Source: Podarcis muralis (taxonomy: Eukaryota). Taken from it: a stretch of DNA of 64,000 nt. Under the pieces are notes generated by a model. The model was given only the letters and a program-made list of their open reading frames with translations. It was not told where the DNA came from and did not search any database. Numbering within the stretch: the stretch's first letter is position 1; each line of letters opens with the position of its first letter. The DNA lies in contig NC_135657.1 of NCBI RefSeq assembly GCF_964188315.1, forward strand, positions 76,198,001-76,262,000, written 5' to 3'. Shown here piece after piece: positions 26,523 through 38,597 of this stretch. The translations under genes and the position numbers were made by a program.

Positions 26523-28502
26523 CATTTGTGATAACAGTATGGTGGTCTGCTGTTCGATGGAGCGAGGAGGGAGAAAGAGAGACAAAAATCAAATTTGAAC
26601 ATGCTTAAAATATCTCTTTGAACCCTGGCCTTTCTTCATGGTTTACTATCAAAGGGTGAATGTCCAGAGTGGTAGCCATTTTAATCTCTTGAAGCAAAAA
26701 CTACAAGGAATCTTGTGGTACCAAAGATGAACAGATTTATTCTGGCATAAACTCCCATTGATTAGAGCTTATGTGAAAGCTTATGCCACAATAAATCTGT
26801 CAGTCTTTAAGGTAACCGCAAGACTCTGTATTATCAAAGGGAGAATTATGTAGATACCCGACTTTTTCCCATTGAAATAAGTTCCCATTGAAACGTGTGT
26901 GTTTCAAAGAAGTCAAATTCTAAAAGTAAGCAGTGAAAGAATAATGAACAAATCTTCTGCTTTATTTTTAGGGAAATAAACTTAGGGTGTCCATAGTTTT
27001 GCTCAAGTGATTCCCCCCCCCCCCCGCTAGTGAGCATGAAATCAAGTATTCTAAAGAGGTCTCATTTGTAGCAGCTGCTAAATGTTTAATACCACATGGA
27101 TATTTTCACCAGACAATCCCCAAAGATAAAGGAATGTTTCAAGTGCGTGTGAAGTCTAAATTGTAAGCAATTCATTTTAGACATAATAATTTATTGAACA
27201 GTCCATGCTTTGAGAAGGAGTGCAGTGTTCATTAGGAAAATACAGATGGCCTTCAGATGGCTAACAGGATTTCACACTCATTTCACTGCGACTTGCTGTG
27301 ATATTGTAAGGGAAAGTAATACTGACTGTGAGCTGTCTGTGACGGGGGTGTGAGCAAGCGTTTATGATAAAACAGCTCTTTTTGGAATTCACTGTTATGA
27401 TGAAATTGTCATCGCTTTACCTATGACAGCTGTTCTTTTTAGGGTGCAGATCCACAGCCCACCCTTTTGCCGCACTCATTCTAAGATAGCCCCCACATAC
27501 CATTAGCTAATTGCAACTGAAACTGTGACTGCACTGCTCCAATTCAGGCTGCAGGTGAGGAAATTGTGTGCCTGGCTGTGCCCTGCATAAAACAAAATCC
27601 TCCTGGCACACAGAAAATATCTGTGGCTGGAGCTGATGGGAGCTGTTTCTCCAAACATCTGGAGGGCATCAGGTTGGGAAAGGCTAGTCTAGAGAGTCTC
27701 AGGAGAATATCATGATTTGACATGCAAAGGAAAAGCATACTTTCATATATATTGCACACTGGATATGGTATCACACCAACATATTACATTGTAATCTGCT
27801 CTCACATAACTACACCTCCCAGCATCCTTGACAAACTATAGTCCCCAATGTTTTTTGTAGGGAGAATGTACTTTAAATATATGGAGTGGATGCAACTATA
27901 GCTACACATTCAGCACAAAGTGTCATTTGACCCTTGGATCCTTGCACATTTGGAGCTAGCCAATGTACAAGTGACCTCTGAAGTGGGCCTACCTTTGATA
28001 TAAAATGTATTCAGATACCCCCCCCCCCAAGAGGTTAAAATCTTAATACCTGTACTAGTAAGACCAAAGGAGAGCTTAACGGTTGTTGGCATGCATCTGT
28101 CTTGGGAGACAATGGGGTGTGTGTGCTTTTGGGGTGAAGTCAAACTGTTGAAATGTTACAGTACCTGCTGTGGCTGTAGAGACCAATATAGGAGAGACAT
28201 GTTTTGTTGCAGCTGGGGCAGATGAAGGCATCTGGTTGTTCTGCTGCAGATGCACCATGGCGTTTCTTCTCTCTGTGCTCCTCCCAGCAATCATTTCTCC
28301 TCTGGTCACTGCTATGGATACACAACCTGATTGTCTGTCTTCATGCACTAAAGTCATCTGCAAGGGATTCCCACATGGCGGAGTGTTGCCAACCTTCATG
28401 TCATGTTTGCAGACATCTTTGCAACACAGCTAGTCTGCCAATGGGCCTGGTGCCTGAAGCCAGTTCCCCAGAGCACATCCTTGGGGGTCCTGGCATCTTC
28501 CT

Positions 28503-28595
28503 TGAACATGACCAAACCAATGTAGATGTTACTGAACATGACCAAACCAATGTAGATGTTACTGAACATGACCAAACCAATGTAGATGTTACTGA
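28503..28595. repeat. Perfect 30-bp tandem triplication inside the RTE LINE
   Basis: TGAACATGACCAAACCAATGTAGATGTTAC x3. Confidence 0.95.
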
Positions 28596-29273
28596 GACAG
28601 AAGTGCAAACATGCTGGGAATGTGGGGTTGGGAGAGCACATCTTTGTTTGAAACTCTGTCCTGCCATGTGATACCCTAAATCCTCCTGATGCAGTGCATG
28701 TGGAAGGCACTGAGGTGCTACTACTGACAATTGTAAGTTGCCCCTAACTCACTTCCATAGAGTAGCGTGCTCAACATGTAATCCTGGTAGACCTTCATCT
28801 TTGTATTGGACATTACCACCACATTCTCCCATACCCTTTTTGAGAGGCAAGCCATTGCTGTAGCTGCCATGCCAATACACTTGTCCAGCTCAGCATCAAT
28901 GGAGAGATTGCTGGTTATGGTGCAACCCAGGTAGACAAACTAGTCTACCACATCAAGTATCTGATCACCAATGTTGATTTGTAGAGTGCTGGCGATGTCC
29001 TAATCCAGGATGTTGGTCTTTGTGAGGCTGATGGTAAGGCCAAACTCCCTGCAAGCTTTGGCAAAATGGTTGATTATTCTCTGTAGAGCTTACTTGGAAT
29101 GTTTGGTCAAGGCTGTGTCATCTGCAAACAACATCTATCAGAGAAGGACATGCCACACTTTTGTCTTGTGTGGAGATGTGCCAAGTTGAACACCCCCCTC
29201 CCCCTGTTGCTACTTGAATGGATGTACACACCATCTTCAGTTGAGATGAAGGCACATGAGAGTAACATAAAAG

Positions 29274-29580
29274 GTACCCCTGCCCGTACAGGCCAGTCTT
29301 GCCAGACTCTAGGGTTGTGCGCCCATCTCACTCTATAGGCCGGGGGCCAGCGCTGTCCGCAGACACTTCCGGGTCACGTGGCCAGTGTGACATCGCTGGT
29401 CTGGCGAGCCAGCGCAGCACACGGAACGCCGTTTACCTTCCCGCTAGTAAGTGGTCCCTATTTATCTACTTGCACCCGGGGGTGCTTTCGAACTGCTAGG
29501 TTGGCAGGCGCTGGGACCGAGCAACGGGAGCGCACCCCGCCGCGGGGATTCGAACCGCCGACCTTTCGATCGGCAAGCGG
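29274..29580 (-). mobile_element. Sauria SINE (Squam1), 5'-truncated
   Basis: B-box GGTTCGAATCC on minus strand, characteristic body (GCAAGTAGATAAATAGG…GGAAGGTAAACGGCG); 9-bp TSD ACATAAAAG (29265-29273, 29581-29589). Confidence 0.88.
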
Positions 29581-29844
29581 ACATAAAAGAATACACCAAA
29601 TAGAGTTGGGGTGAGAGTCTAATATCTTAACACTAATAATACAAAATGACATATTCTCTTCTGCCAGGATCCAGGCAGAGCAGATCGTGCTAGTACAGCA
29701 CACCACAAAATGATCTTTCCTAGCTTTGGGGATGAGGACGAAAGATAACATTTAAATCCAGGGAAATTGGTTATTTTCAATAAATTCCAATCCATATCTA
29801 GAGCATTCAAGAACCAGAATTATCTGCCGATTATGTATTAAAGC

Positions 29845-30192
29845 TGAGACTCTTGAGAGTCCCATGGACTGCAAGAAGATCAAACGTATCCATTCTTAAG
29901 GAAATCAGCCCTGAGTGCTCACTGGAAGAACAGATCCTGAAGCTGAGACTCCAATACTTTGGCCACCTCATGAGAAGAGAAGACTCCCTGGAAAAGACCC
30001 TGATGTTGGGAAAGATGGAGGGCACAAGGAGAAGGGGACGACAGAGGACAAGATGGTTGGATGGTGTTCTCGAAGCTACCAGCATGAGTTTGACCAAACT
30101 GTGGGAGGCAGTGGAAGACAGGAGTGCCTGGTGTGCTCTGGTCCATGGAGTCACGAAGAGTCGGACACGACTAAACGACTAAACAACAACAT
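29845..30192 (+). mobile_element. Bov-B LINE 3' fragment
   Basis: Uninterrupted Bov-B C-terminal frame (109 aa); 11-bp TSD TGTATTAAAGC (29834-29844, 30193-30203). Confidence 0.93.
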
Positions 30193-32334
30193 TGTATTAA
30201 AGCGTTTAGACTGTGCTTTCTGTTGGGGCTGGTACAGCAGCAGCAGCAACACCACATACATTTACAATTCTCTTAAAACTCCTAAAATCTTTCTCCCCTC
30301 TACCCCAACAAAAGAGTGAACCAGAATACCAATGTTTTATTAATGCCAATTCCCAAGGAGAAACTGAATCACAGGCGTGTGGGTTTGGCACTCATGAGTA
30401 ATTCTGCCTACTGAAACCTCTGCCCAATAAAACATTAATACCACTTTGCACTGTATTCCCTGTAATATGTTTAAATCTAGGCACAGAAATAAACTTGTGA
30501 AAAAAGCCTTGTGAAACATCTCATAGTTTGTGAGTATATCACACCTCTGGTGTGATGAAAACATTTTGCTTTTCCTGTTAAGCTGTGGGTGCATTGTGCC
30601 CTTTCTTTTGTTTTTGAAAGGGAAGTGGGTCCCTGGGAGAAGACTGCACTGCCATAGGACATCTGGCGATTTAAAAGTGAGCCTGTCATGAATTCTAAAC
30701 GGGACTCCAGTGGAATCCTTTCCTTGCTCATGAAGAGTTCAACTCAACCAGCAGGAGTGCTTAACCGTAGTCAACAGGGCTTAAATCTTTTTTCAGTCAT
30801 TCAGTTGATGATTTGGGGTCAGCTTATTACAGCCAGAAGCATGCTACTGAAACAAATTAACAAGCATTTTATTGAGAAACAATAACAAACGGAAGAATTC
30901 AATGTAGAGCTGAAGAGACCGTTCCAACAGGGTAATCATTTTAGCCTGCAAGACTAAACTATCTCCTCTCTCCTTCCCTCTCCTTCTCCAACCCCTCAGA
31001 GTCAATTATAAGAAGTGTGGGAGCACACCAAGGAGGAGAAGGGGTGTGTGAGAAAAGCCCCATTATGCTACCAGAATGTATTATCTGAATCTGCCCCAGG
31101 CTCCTTCTACATTGTGGAATTCTAACTCTCTAACCAGCACTGTTGGACATGGTTAGGATTCAATTGAGGGAGCTCCCTACTTGGCTGCACTGCTGGGGAG
31201 ATCTCTGCTGTGCCCCTCCCTCATCAAGTTTAAAGGGACACATGCTGAAAGACAGGGCAAGTATTACTGAAATGTGGTTGTGTCCTGTTTTAAAGCTGCC
31301 TTGATGATTTGGGGTTGCCTTTATTTACTTTTCCCAACATGGTGGGATTACTATCTGTGTAATCAAATACTGTGTGAGGCACTCGTGTTTGACATATTTG
31401 CTCCCTTTGTAAAGCAAATGTTGATTTCTTGCCTGTCCAACATGCAATCAACATGGATGTTCAGAATACAAGAAACATAAAGCACAATCATTTGTCTTTT
31501 GCACAACTTTTGTCTAATGAAATTTATCACACAGGAGGTAGAGAAAACTGTTGAGATAATGGATGTTGCTTAGTTACTTTGAACAACTGTGAAAGATTGG
31601 TTTGATTTCATGAAGTACTAAACATGATATTTGGAGCAGCTGAATTTGACTGAAATCAATGGGACTAAATTGGCTGGAATCCTAGCACTTTATCTCCCTT
31701 GCGTTGAGATCTGGGCTTTAAAACTGACAGTCAGATATTTGTCTGCATAATTATAGCAGCTCCAGTTAATTAATTCTGAAATATATGCATGTGGGGAAAA
31801 CTGGAGTTAACTGAACTATCGTTTTGTAGATTAAGGGCATCCCTGCTGAATTAACCAATTCAATATCTAGCATCTATTAGGTAGAATTTACACAGGAGAA
31901 TGATAATACGATATGGTTGAAGAGCTCATGTTTGCAAATCCAGGCCACTGGCGGTTGCATTACTAAACCTTTGTCAAAATAATGGAGGTATCTAGGCATT
32001 ATGGCTGAATTGTAGCTTCATGCCTTCTCCTTTCCCTTCCCCCAGGAACATTCAGGGGTTCACCTTGTATTATGTGACACCATTATGCTGCCAGTTCACT
32101 GCTCCTGCAAAATTCAGCCAATTAAGTTGAGTGGAGAATCATAAAATGTGTAGCATGGTGGCAACAATGCACATGTTTGTATTGCTGAACATTATGGAGA
32201 GCGATTTCAGCATTGGCCATGTACCAGTCCATGAAGTGTCATTCTAGTCTAACTGTTATTTCAGGTAGGTATCTTGACCACATACGTACGCCACAAAAAT
32301 ACTTGTTCAGACCTGGAATAAATATTCTTGCCAT

Positions 32335-32376
32335 TTCTTCTTCTTCTTCTTCTTCTTCTTCTTCTTCTTCTTCTTC
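32335..32376. repeat. (TTC)14 microsatellite
   Basis: Perfect run. Confidence 0.95.
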
Positions 32377-33044
32377 CCATGCCCCCCCTCTAGACCAGGA
32401 TTTTGGTGCATTGGAGAGAAGAGTGTCTTATTCTTCTCTTATACTATCCTGTCCCTTCCCATGTATAATGGTACCTTCAGCAGCAAATAGCTACTGCGGA
32501 TGATATCTAGGAAGACAATGTAGCAAAGAGAAGAGTCAGAACCTCCCCTCTCTATGAAAATGGTCCATGATCTATATCTTCCCTACCCACACATCTCTGT
32601 TGGATAATCTCTTGTTGCTTACTCCTTGTCCCATTTTTACTTTGGGTGATTTGAAATTGTGACTCCTCCAGTAAGATTGCTCCTTTTACAGATCTTTTCC
32701 TGTTTTCAGTTCCCAACTTGCCCATGGAGAACATAAACCAGAGGAAACCTAATGGGCATTTTCTGAAATCTATGTATTTGCAGTAGTTTGGCAAGACTAA
32801 CCTCTTACGGAAGATTATATATTTAATACTGCTAATGATGAAGCAGCTTGTGCCTGTGATTCAAAGGTCAGTGGCCTGCAGTTGTTGACACCATATGGAT
32901 ACCTGTGCAACTTGTCCTTTGTAATTAATGACTTGATGAGTCCTGTGAATCTGAAGCTGGCTGGGCAAGAGGACTTGGAGAGCTTGGTCCTGTTGAGCCA
33001 GGGTAAGGAAAGACTCATCAAAATGGTCAGGTAGAGGGTGAGAC

Positions 33045-33550
33045 AAGGAGAGTCTGCTGGATCAGACCAATAGTCCAGCATCCTGTTTTCACAGTGGCCA
33101 AACAGATGTGTGTGGGAAACCCACAAACACGATCTGAGCACAAGAATACTCTCCTGTGGTTTCTAGCCAGTGGTATTTATTGGTATTATTACAGAGCATA
33201 GCCATAATGGCTAGTACCTATTGACAGCCTTGTCTCAATGAAATGGTCTGATCCTCTTATAAATCTTTCCACTGTCTCCTGTGGAAGCAAGTGCCATACT
33301 TTATCTCTGTGTTGAGTGAATAAGCACTTTATTTATTTTATCTATCTTGAATCTTCCAGCATTCAAGTTCATTGGATGTCCATGAATTCTAGTGTTATGG
33401 GGGGGGGGATCTCCACCTGCTTTCTCCATGCTATGCTTAATGTTATAAGCTTCTGTCTGTTATGTCGCTCCTTATCTTTTCTCTGAACTAAGAAGTTCCA
33501 AATGCTGCAGCCTTTCCTCATTAGGGGAGACATGCCACCCCCTTGATCAT
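33045..33550 (-). mobile_element. CR1 LINE 3' region, strongly decayed
   Basis: Minus strand gives remnants of MIKG…EERLQHL…HNTRIHGHPM and a CR1-type 3' UTR (GGCCACTGTGAAAACAGGATGCTGGACTA). Confidence 0.65.
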
Positions 33551-33974
33551 TAGGATCTGATCAAGTCCGCATCTGCTGAGATGTGATTGAATCCCACCCC
33601 AATATAGTGACAGTCTGGAATTGCCCGTAGTTACAGAACCTTTGGCTTAATTGCAAGCAATGTGATGTCATCATTTCCTTTAGGGAGTGGGGACCTGGGA
33701 AAAGCAAAACATGCCTTTTTCCAGAAGGAATCTCCAACCATTAGCTCCTGTGGCAACAAATCACCTTTACTAAGCCTACTACTTTAATAATGAAGCCGGA
33801 CTTGTTTGGCTGTTTTCACCAGTCAAGCCATCTCTTTTTATAACCAGAGGCACAGAGTATGGAGAGGGATCCTCGGTGGATCATTCAGATCAACCTCCAA
33901 CTTATGGAGTGTAAGGTTATACAGTGTCTACTAACCCTGATGCCCATATTCTAGTCCCACAGTCAGAGTCAGGA

Positions 33975-34140
33975 GGCTTTCAAATACCAGTTGCTGGAAA
34001 CAGCAGAAGGAGAAAGTGCTGCTGTACTCAGACCCTGCTACTGGGCTTCCCTTGTCATGTGGTTGGCCACTGTGAGAACAGAGTGCTGGGTTAGATAGGT
34101 CACTGGTCTAATCCAGGAAAGTCCTCCTTATATTCTTACA
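33975..34140 (+). mobile_element. CR1-type 3' UTR fragment
   Basis: GGTTGGCCACTGTGAGAACAGAGTGCTGG…CCTTATATTCTTAC; related remnants at ~18730-18820 (-) and ~63430-63520 (+). Confidence 0.55.
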
Positions 34141-35088
34141 TTCACCTTTTGGTTAGCCTTTAAATGCTAACTAGGATTAAGTTTGTGTCCCTCACAGAAC
34201 TACTTTTTGGTGCTGTGATTCACATTTGGCATTTACAACTGCATTAAATATATTTAACAACTCTTGCCAACACCATGCAGTGTTAAAAACTGTGGCGACA
34301 ACAAACACCGTTTCATTCCACAGTCTTTTTTTGTACCAGTCTCACCAAAGAGCTATTTCTCCCCAAATTCTTTTTATTTTGGTCAGTGGCTTCAAGCTTC
34401 CCCAGTGACCTTTTTTTATTATAAATAACCTGATCTTTATGTCCTCCTATTGACTTTTTTTCATTCTATTTAAAAATAAAAAGTAAAATGTGTGGAATTG
34501 AAAGACTGGCATGGAAATAGAGACTGGATCAGTTTTTCTTCCACAAAGGGAGATTTTTGTGGAAGCCAAGGATTAAAGCAGAAATCATTTGAACGTAAAT
34601 GCGGCCAGTCAATTTAATTTAGGATTTAGATGGCTCTGACCATTCAGTGCCCCAGACAAGGGCATTTTTCTTTCATCCTCAGATATGTTCGCTGGGCTGC
34701 CAGATCTGTGCATAAATAATTGGCTTGTTGGTTTTTATAGGTCTTTAAATGCTACCATCTTGGTAACGCTCGGCTTCGATGCAAGCAATTTTTTGGTCCA
34801 TTAATTATAAATGAATCAGTGGCCCGGTCAGTGCTTTCTCCTTAATCCTACTACGTAGAACATCAAGTCTCCTTTACAACCCATCAGGTAAATTGAAGTT
34901 GCCACTTTGGTAACTAGTTAAGGAAGACTGGATCTCAGCTTTGCCACAGCACTGTCAAAACCAGCTGTCCTTTTCCTTCTCTTCCTCATAATATCAAGCA
35001 CTGCAGAGGTAGGCAACCTGTGTCTTTCCCAACTCCCATCAGCCCCAACCTGTAATGGTCAGAGCAGATGGGAGATATAACTGCTCAG

Positions 35089-35261
35089 AAGGGGTGCCAA
35101 CTTGAATAACATATTGACCCCCCCCCACACATACAATCAATTACAAGATGTGGAACGCACCCCCCATTTGAATTGCAATGCCCATCAAGTGGTGGGGAGG
35201 CCCCCTCAAATATTTTATTGGGGGTTGAAGGGATCTTGGCCCCTAGGAGTTGGCTCCTATG
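35089..35261. mobile_element. hAT-type MITE
   Basis: TIR-like AAGGGGTGCCAACT / AGTTGGCTCCTATG; flanks CTGCTCAG / TTGCTCAC (6/8). Confidence 0.6.
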
Positions 35262-35273
35262 TTGCTCACCCCT

Positions 35274-35774
35274 TGTCAGGCTTCAGGGAATCTGATCCCT
35301 CCCATGCTGGGCAGCCAAGAAGTAGGTAACAAGAGGAGTTCTTACCGAGTTCTGTATTCAATATTCACAGAGAGAGCCTTTGAAAAGTGCCTCTCCATTG
35401 CAGTAATGGCGTTGCTCCAAGTAAAGTCCCGCCCCCTCTGTCTCTACTATTCTATGTTCATCTGACTTATGCTTGCTGCCTCTGACCTTTCTGTTCTCCT
35501 ACTCTCAATGCCTGCCAAGTCCTGGGAGGGGCGGACGGGTCAGGAATGCTTTCTAAAGACACTGAGTCTGTCCGCTGTCCCCCCCCCCCCGTTGCTTCTT
35601 CTTCCTCCTGCCCCTCTCCCAATATTTCCCAGCTTCTCTCCTTTGCAGCCTCTGAACTATGCCCTTCTGCAAACCACTGTTGTAAATCTATATTGTCCTC
35701 CTCTTCTCGAGAAGGTTCAGGAGCCGGGGAAGGGGGGCGGTCTCCACCATTCCTCCTCAGTCCAGTCCCTGACA
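35274..35774 (-). mobile_element. Solo LTR, 501 bp (Gypsy-like)
   Basis: 7-bp terminal inverted repeat TGTCAGG…CCTGACA; perfect 5-bp TSD CCCCT (35269-35273, 35775-35779); strand inferred from purine-rich U3-like half and AATACA signal. Confidence 0.85.
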
Positions 35775-36135
35775 CCCCTGTAAGTAGTTTACAATTCATT
35801 ATTTGTTTTTATTGCCCTTGAAACACCCCATCCTCCACTTCATGGGCTACCACTTTTAAGGATGTACCCAAAGCAAGAGGAAAACATGTAGGGTTGCTAT
35901 TTTCAGTAGTAACCTTTTGCCTTTCATAAGAACTAGTTCCAGCCATGGGGGGGGGGGGGGCTTTGCTTCTTATGGACTGGCACCTACCTTTCTGAAGATT
36001 TACCAAGTAGTGGAGCACTGCTTGTAGACTGGCCACATGGTAGAAATGGTACACTGATTTATAGGTGTCTCAGTAGTCAGTGTAATGCAAGGTCTTGCGT
36101 AATCTGATCAGAGACTAGCTTTGCCAGGCCACTGC

Positions 36136-36921
36136 TGTAAGAGACATGCCTTTCCAGAGTGACAGCAAGGGTGAAGAGGAGGGGGAGGAAGGAGGAGAAT
36201 TGCCTCCTTCCCATGTCCATGGAGGTGGAAGCCCAAGGGGTCCCCCTCCCAGAGGAGAAGAGTCTGTAAATAATCAGGACAGAGCAGATCACGCTGACAC
36301 AAGCCAGGCTCCAGAGAGTTTGCAGCCTCCAGCCTTAGCACTGGGGACAGTGCCAGATTTACGTATAAGCTAAACAAGCTATAGCTCAGGGCCCCACTCT
36401 CTTGGGGCCCCCCAAAAAATTAAAGAAAAAAACTGGATGTGCATTTCCAAAATATAAGATAAAAAACAAATAAAATAAAACCTACATACAGGGTTTTGTG
36501 TTGTGTAGGCTCCTATGATGTAAGTAATGGGCCCCACCTGCTAGCCTGCTCCCTAAAATATCACTGGTTTGCTCATTTCCATATATAGGGTGCCTACATA
36601 TAAAGGGCCCCATAACCTTCAGTAGCTTAGGGCCTCATCAAACCTAAACCTGGCCCTGAATAGGGAGGAGGGAGAGTGTTTCTGAAGAAGACAGGAAATT
36701 AGTCTCCCAAAACACACCAAAGGGGCAGAGTCCAGGCTTGGCGCCAGGCCAACAAGAGGCAGGCTGAACGGTGCCGGATTTCCTGCTGGAGAAAAGTCCG
36801 CCCTTCATTTGTTTCAATGTCTTCCTCAGATGAGTAGGGCTTCGTAAGAGTTCTCAATGTGACTAGTGTGTAAACTACAATTAAACCGTCAGCTTGCTGC
36901 ATTCTTGTCCGGAGCCTGACC
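36136..36921 (+). mobile_element. Solo LTR (~467 bp net) interrupted by a hAT MITE
   Basis: Starts TGTAAG, ends CCTGACC (probable decayed CCTGACA); TSD ACTGC (36131-36135, 36922-36926); ATTAAA near the 3' end. Confidence 0.7.
36348..36658. mobile_element. hAT-type MITE nested in an LTR
   Basis: TIRs CAGTGCCAGATTTA / TAAACCTGGCCCTG, subterminal GCT(C/T)AGGGCC repeats; 8-bp flanks ACTGGGGA / AATAGGGA (6/8). Confidence 0.75.
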
Positions 36922-37877
36922 ACTGCTTACTTTGACAAGGCAGTCATATGCCCCAATGCCTGAAAGGGCTTGTACTACCTCACCCATGCTTCTTACCCAT
37001 GCTCTTTCTATTGAAATGTGATTACAAATGAGTGTGTTGATAGTGGCACTTAGGTTGCTAGATGCGGCCCAGAATCACCACCTGCCATATGGTTCCAGGT
37101 ATTGCCAACTCTTTGCGCACTGAGGAAGAATGATTCTTGCACAATGCGCTGCAGGCTCAAGGAAGAAACTATCTTCTGCAAATATGACTCTCCATAAAAC
37201 GGCAAGGTGTGATGACCTGCTGATTTAAACCGCAGCTGAACCGTGCTGATAATTAGCCTCCCTGATTCATTTAGCAACTAAATCTCTTCATGAAAACACA
37301 AAGCTGCAGAGAATAGATCCTTGTGACTAACAGCTCTTTAGTGAGCACCTGAAAGGTAAATAAATCCTAAAGTATGCTTAGAACCATTTGTTAGGCTAGA
37401 ATGGGACTTATTAATTATGAAGAAATGAATTTAGTAAAGCTGGCAGAATGAAAAATTGTCATACGCTTTGCAAATCATTTGTAACCTCTGGAGACCACAC
37501 AGGCATGCTCGCCCATAGGCAAAAGATTTATAATGAGAAACCTTGCTGAAAAATGGGAAGCTCAGTTCTTCTCCCACCTCTTAAATATATCAGAAATCCA
37601 TTGCCTTCAACCAGGGTGTGGCTGCAGTCCCATGAGCAAGAACAATGCTCTAATTGTGGGGGGCAAGGTAGTGGGAAGCTTGATGAAGTCCACATGCCAA
37701 GGTGCTTTGGAGGAGGCCTGGCAATGGCCACACCAGGCAGAAGCAGAGCTGTGATTTGCGCCAGGTGAGTACAAGTTGCCTGCAGTTTTAAGACACTGTC
37801 AAAAATATCATGTGGCACCATGCCTGGGTGTTGGGGAAGAGTAAGTGACTAGGGAGGGGCCACAACTTAAAGTGAAT

Positions 37878-38119
37878 GGAGAACCAGTGTGGTGTAGTGG
37901 TTAGAACGTTGGACTAGGACCTGGGAGACCAGAGTTCAAGTCCCCACTTGGACATGAAGCTCATTGGGTCACCTTGGGCCAGCCACTCCCTTTCAGCCCA
38001 CCCTCCCTCACAGATTTGTTCTGAGGATTAAATGAGGGAAGGGAGAACCCTGGATGCCACCTTGAGCTTACTGGAGAAACAGGTGGATATAAATGCATTA
38101 AACAAATAAGTAAATAAAT
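37878..38119 (+). mobile_element. Squam3-type SINE, near full length
   Basis: GGAGAACCAGTGTGGTGTAGTGGTTAGA (A box), GAGTTCAAGTCCCC (B box), AAATAAGTAAATAAAT tail. Confidence 0.8.
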
Positions 38120-38597
38120 GGCCCACTTGCGCTGAGGAGTGCTGGGACAATAGTGGCACGTCTAGCATGGGCACAGCATGGCTGGTGGGCTAAGGACTTC
38201 AGTCCAATGCAGCCCTCCTTCATTCTGTTCTTAATGTATGAAGGAAGCAGAAATGTGCCCAAAGCCAGCAAGGTATTGATTCTCCCAGCACCATAATTCA
38301 ACAATGCCACGTGGCTTTTTCTGCAGATGGTTCCTGTCACTCTTTCCTCTCCCTTCCTTTTCAAATTAAGAAAATCCTTGTTATAATTTCAGAATTAGCA
38401 CTTCAAGAAGCAGGGTGTTTGGCAGATGGTTATCAGAGGAAGAGGGTGTTACAGGGATTCTCAGGCATTTAAAAGCCTATGATCAAAATTAACTTCACAA
38501 GAGCAAATACAAATGATTCAGCAGTTTGGTTTTTTTTAAGTGGGACATGGAAGAAGTATATGTATGGGTTCCTTTGAGAACAATTGTATCGCCTGTA

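Larger units (their letters stand above)
28082..29612 (-). mobile_element. RTE-clade LINE, RT C-terminal half to 3' end, decayed; interrupted by a Sauria SINE
   Basis: Minus-strand frames give RT-like segments (PTLFGVFF…LLSCAF…DGVYIHS…FNLA, FGLTISLTKTNIL, YLGCTITSNLSIDAEL, GITWQDRVSNKDVL, GELASGTRPIGR) and a C-terminal FICPSCNKTC…GLYSH zinc motif; CAACAA tail. Confidence 0.88.

Noticed and set aside
28503-28595. CRISPR-like array of 30-bp repeats
   Set aside because: Repeats are directly adjacent with no spacers, lie inside a eukaryotic LINE, and there are no cas genes
24140-37300. Other enhancer-like unique blocks (~24140-24520, 30640-30960, 34560-34950, 37030-37300)
   Set aside because: Impression of conserved non-coding character only; no diagnostic motif arrangement and no alignment available
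13781-38119. tRNA genes
   Set aside because: The A/B-box sequences are SINE heads followed by SINE bodies and tails; no complete cloverleaf was found
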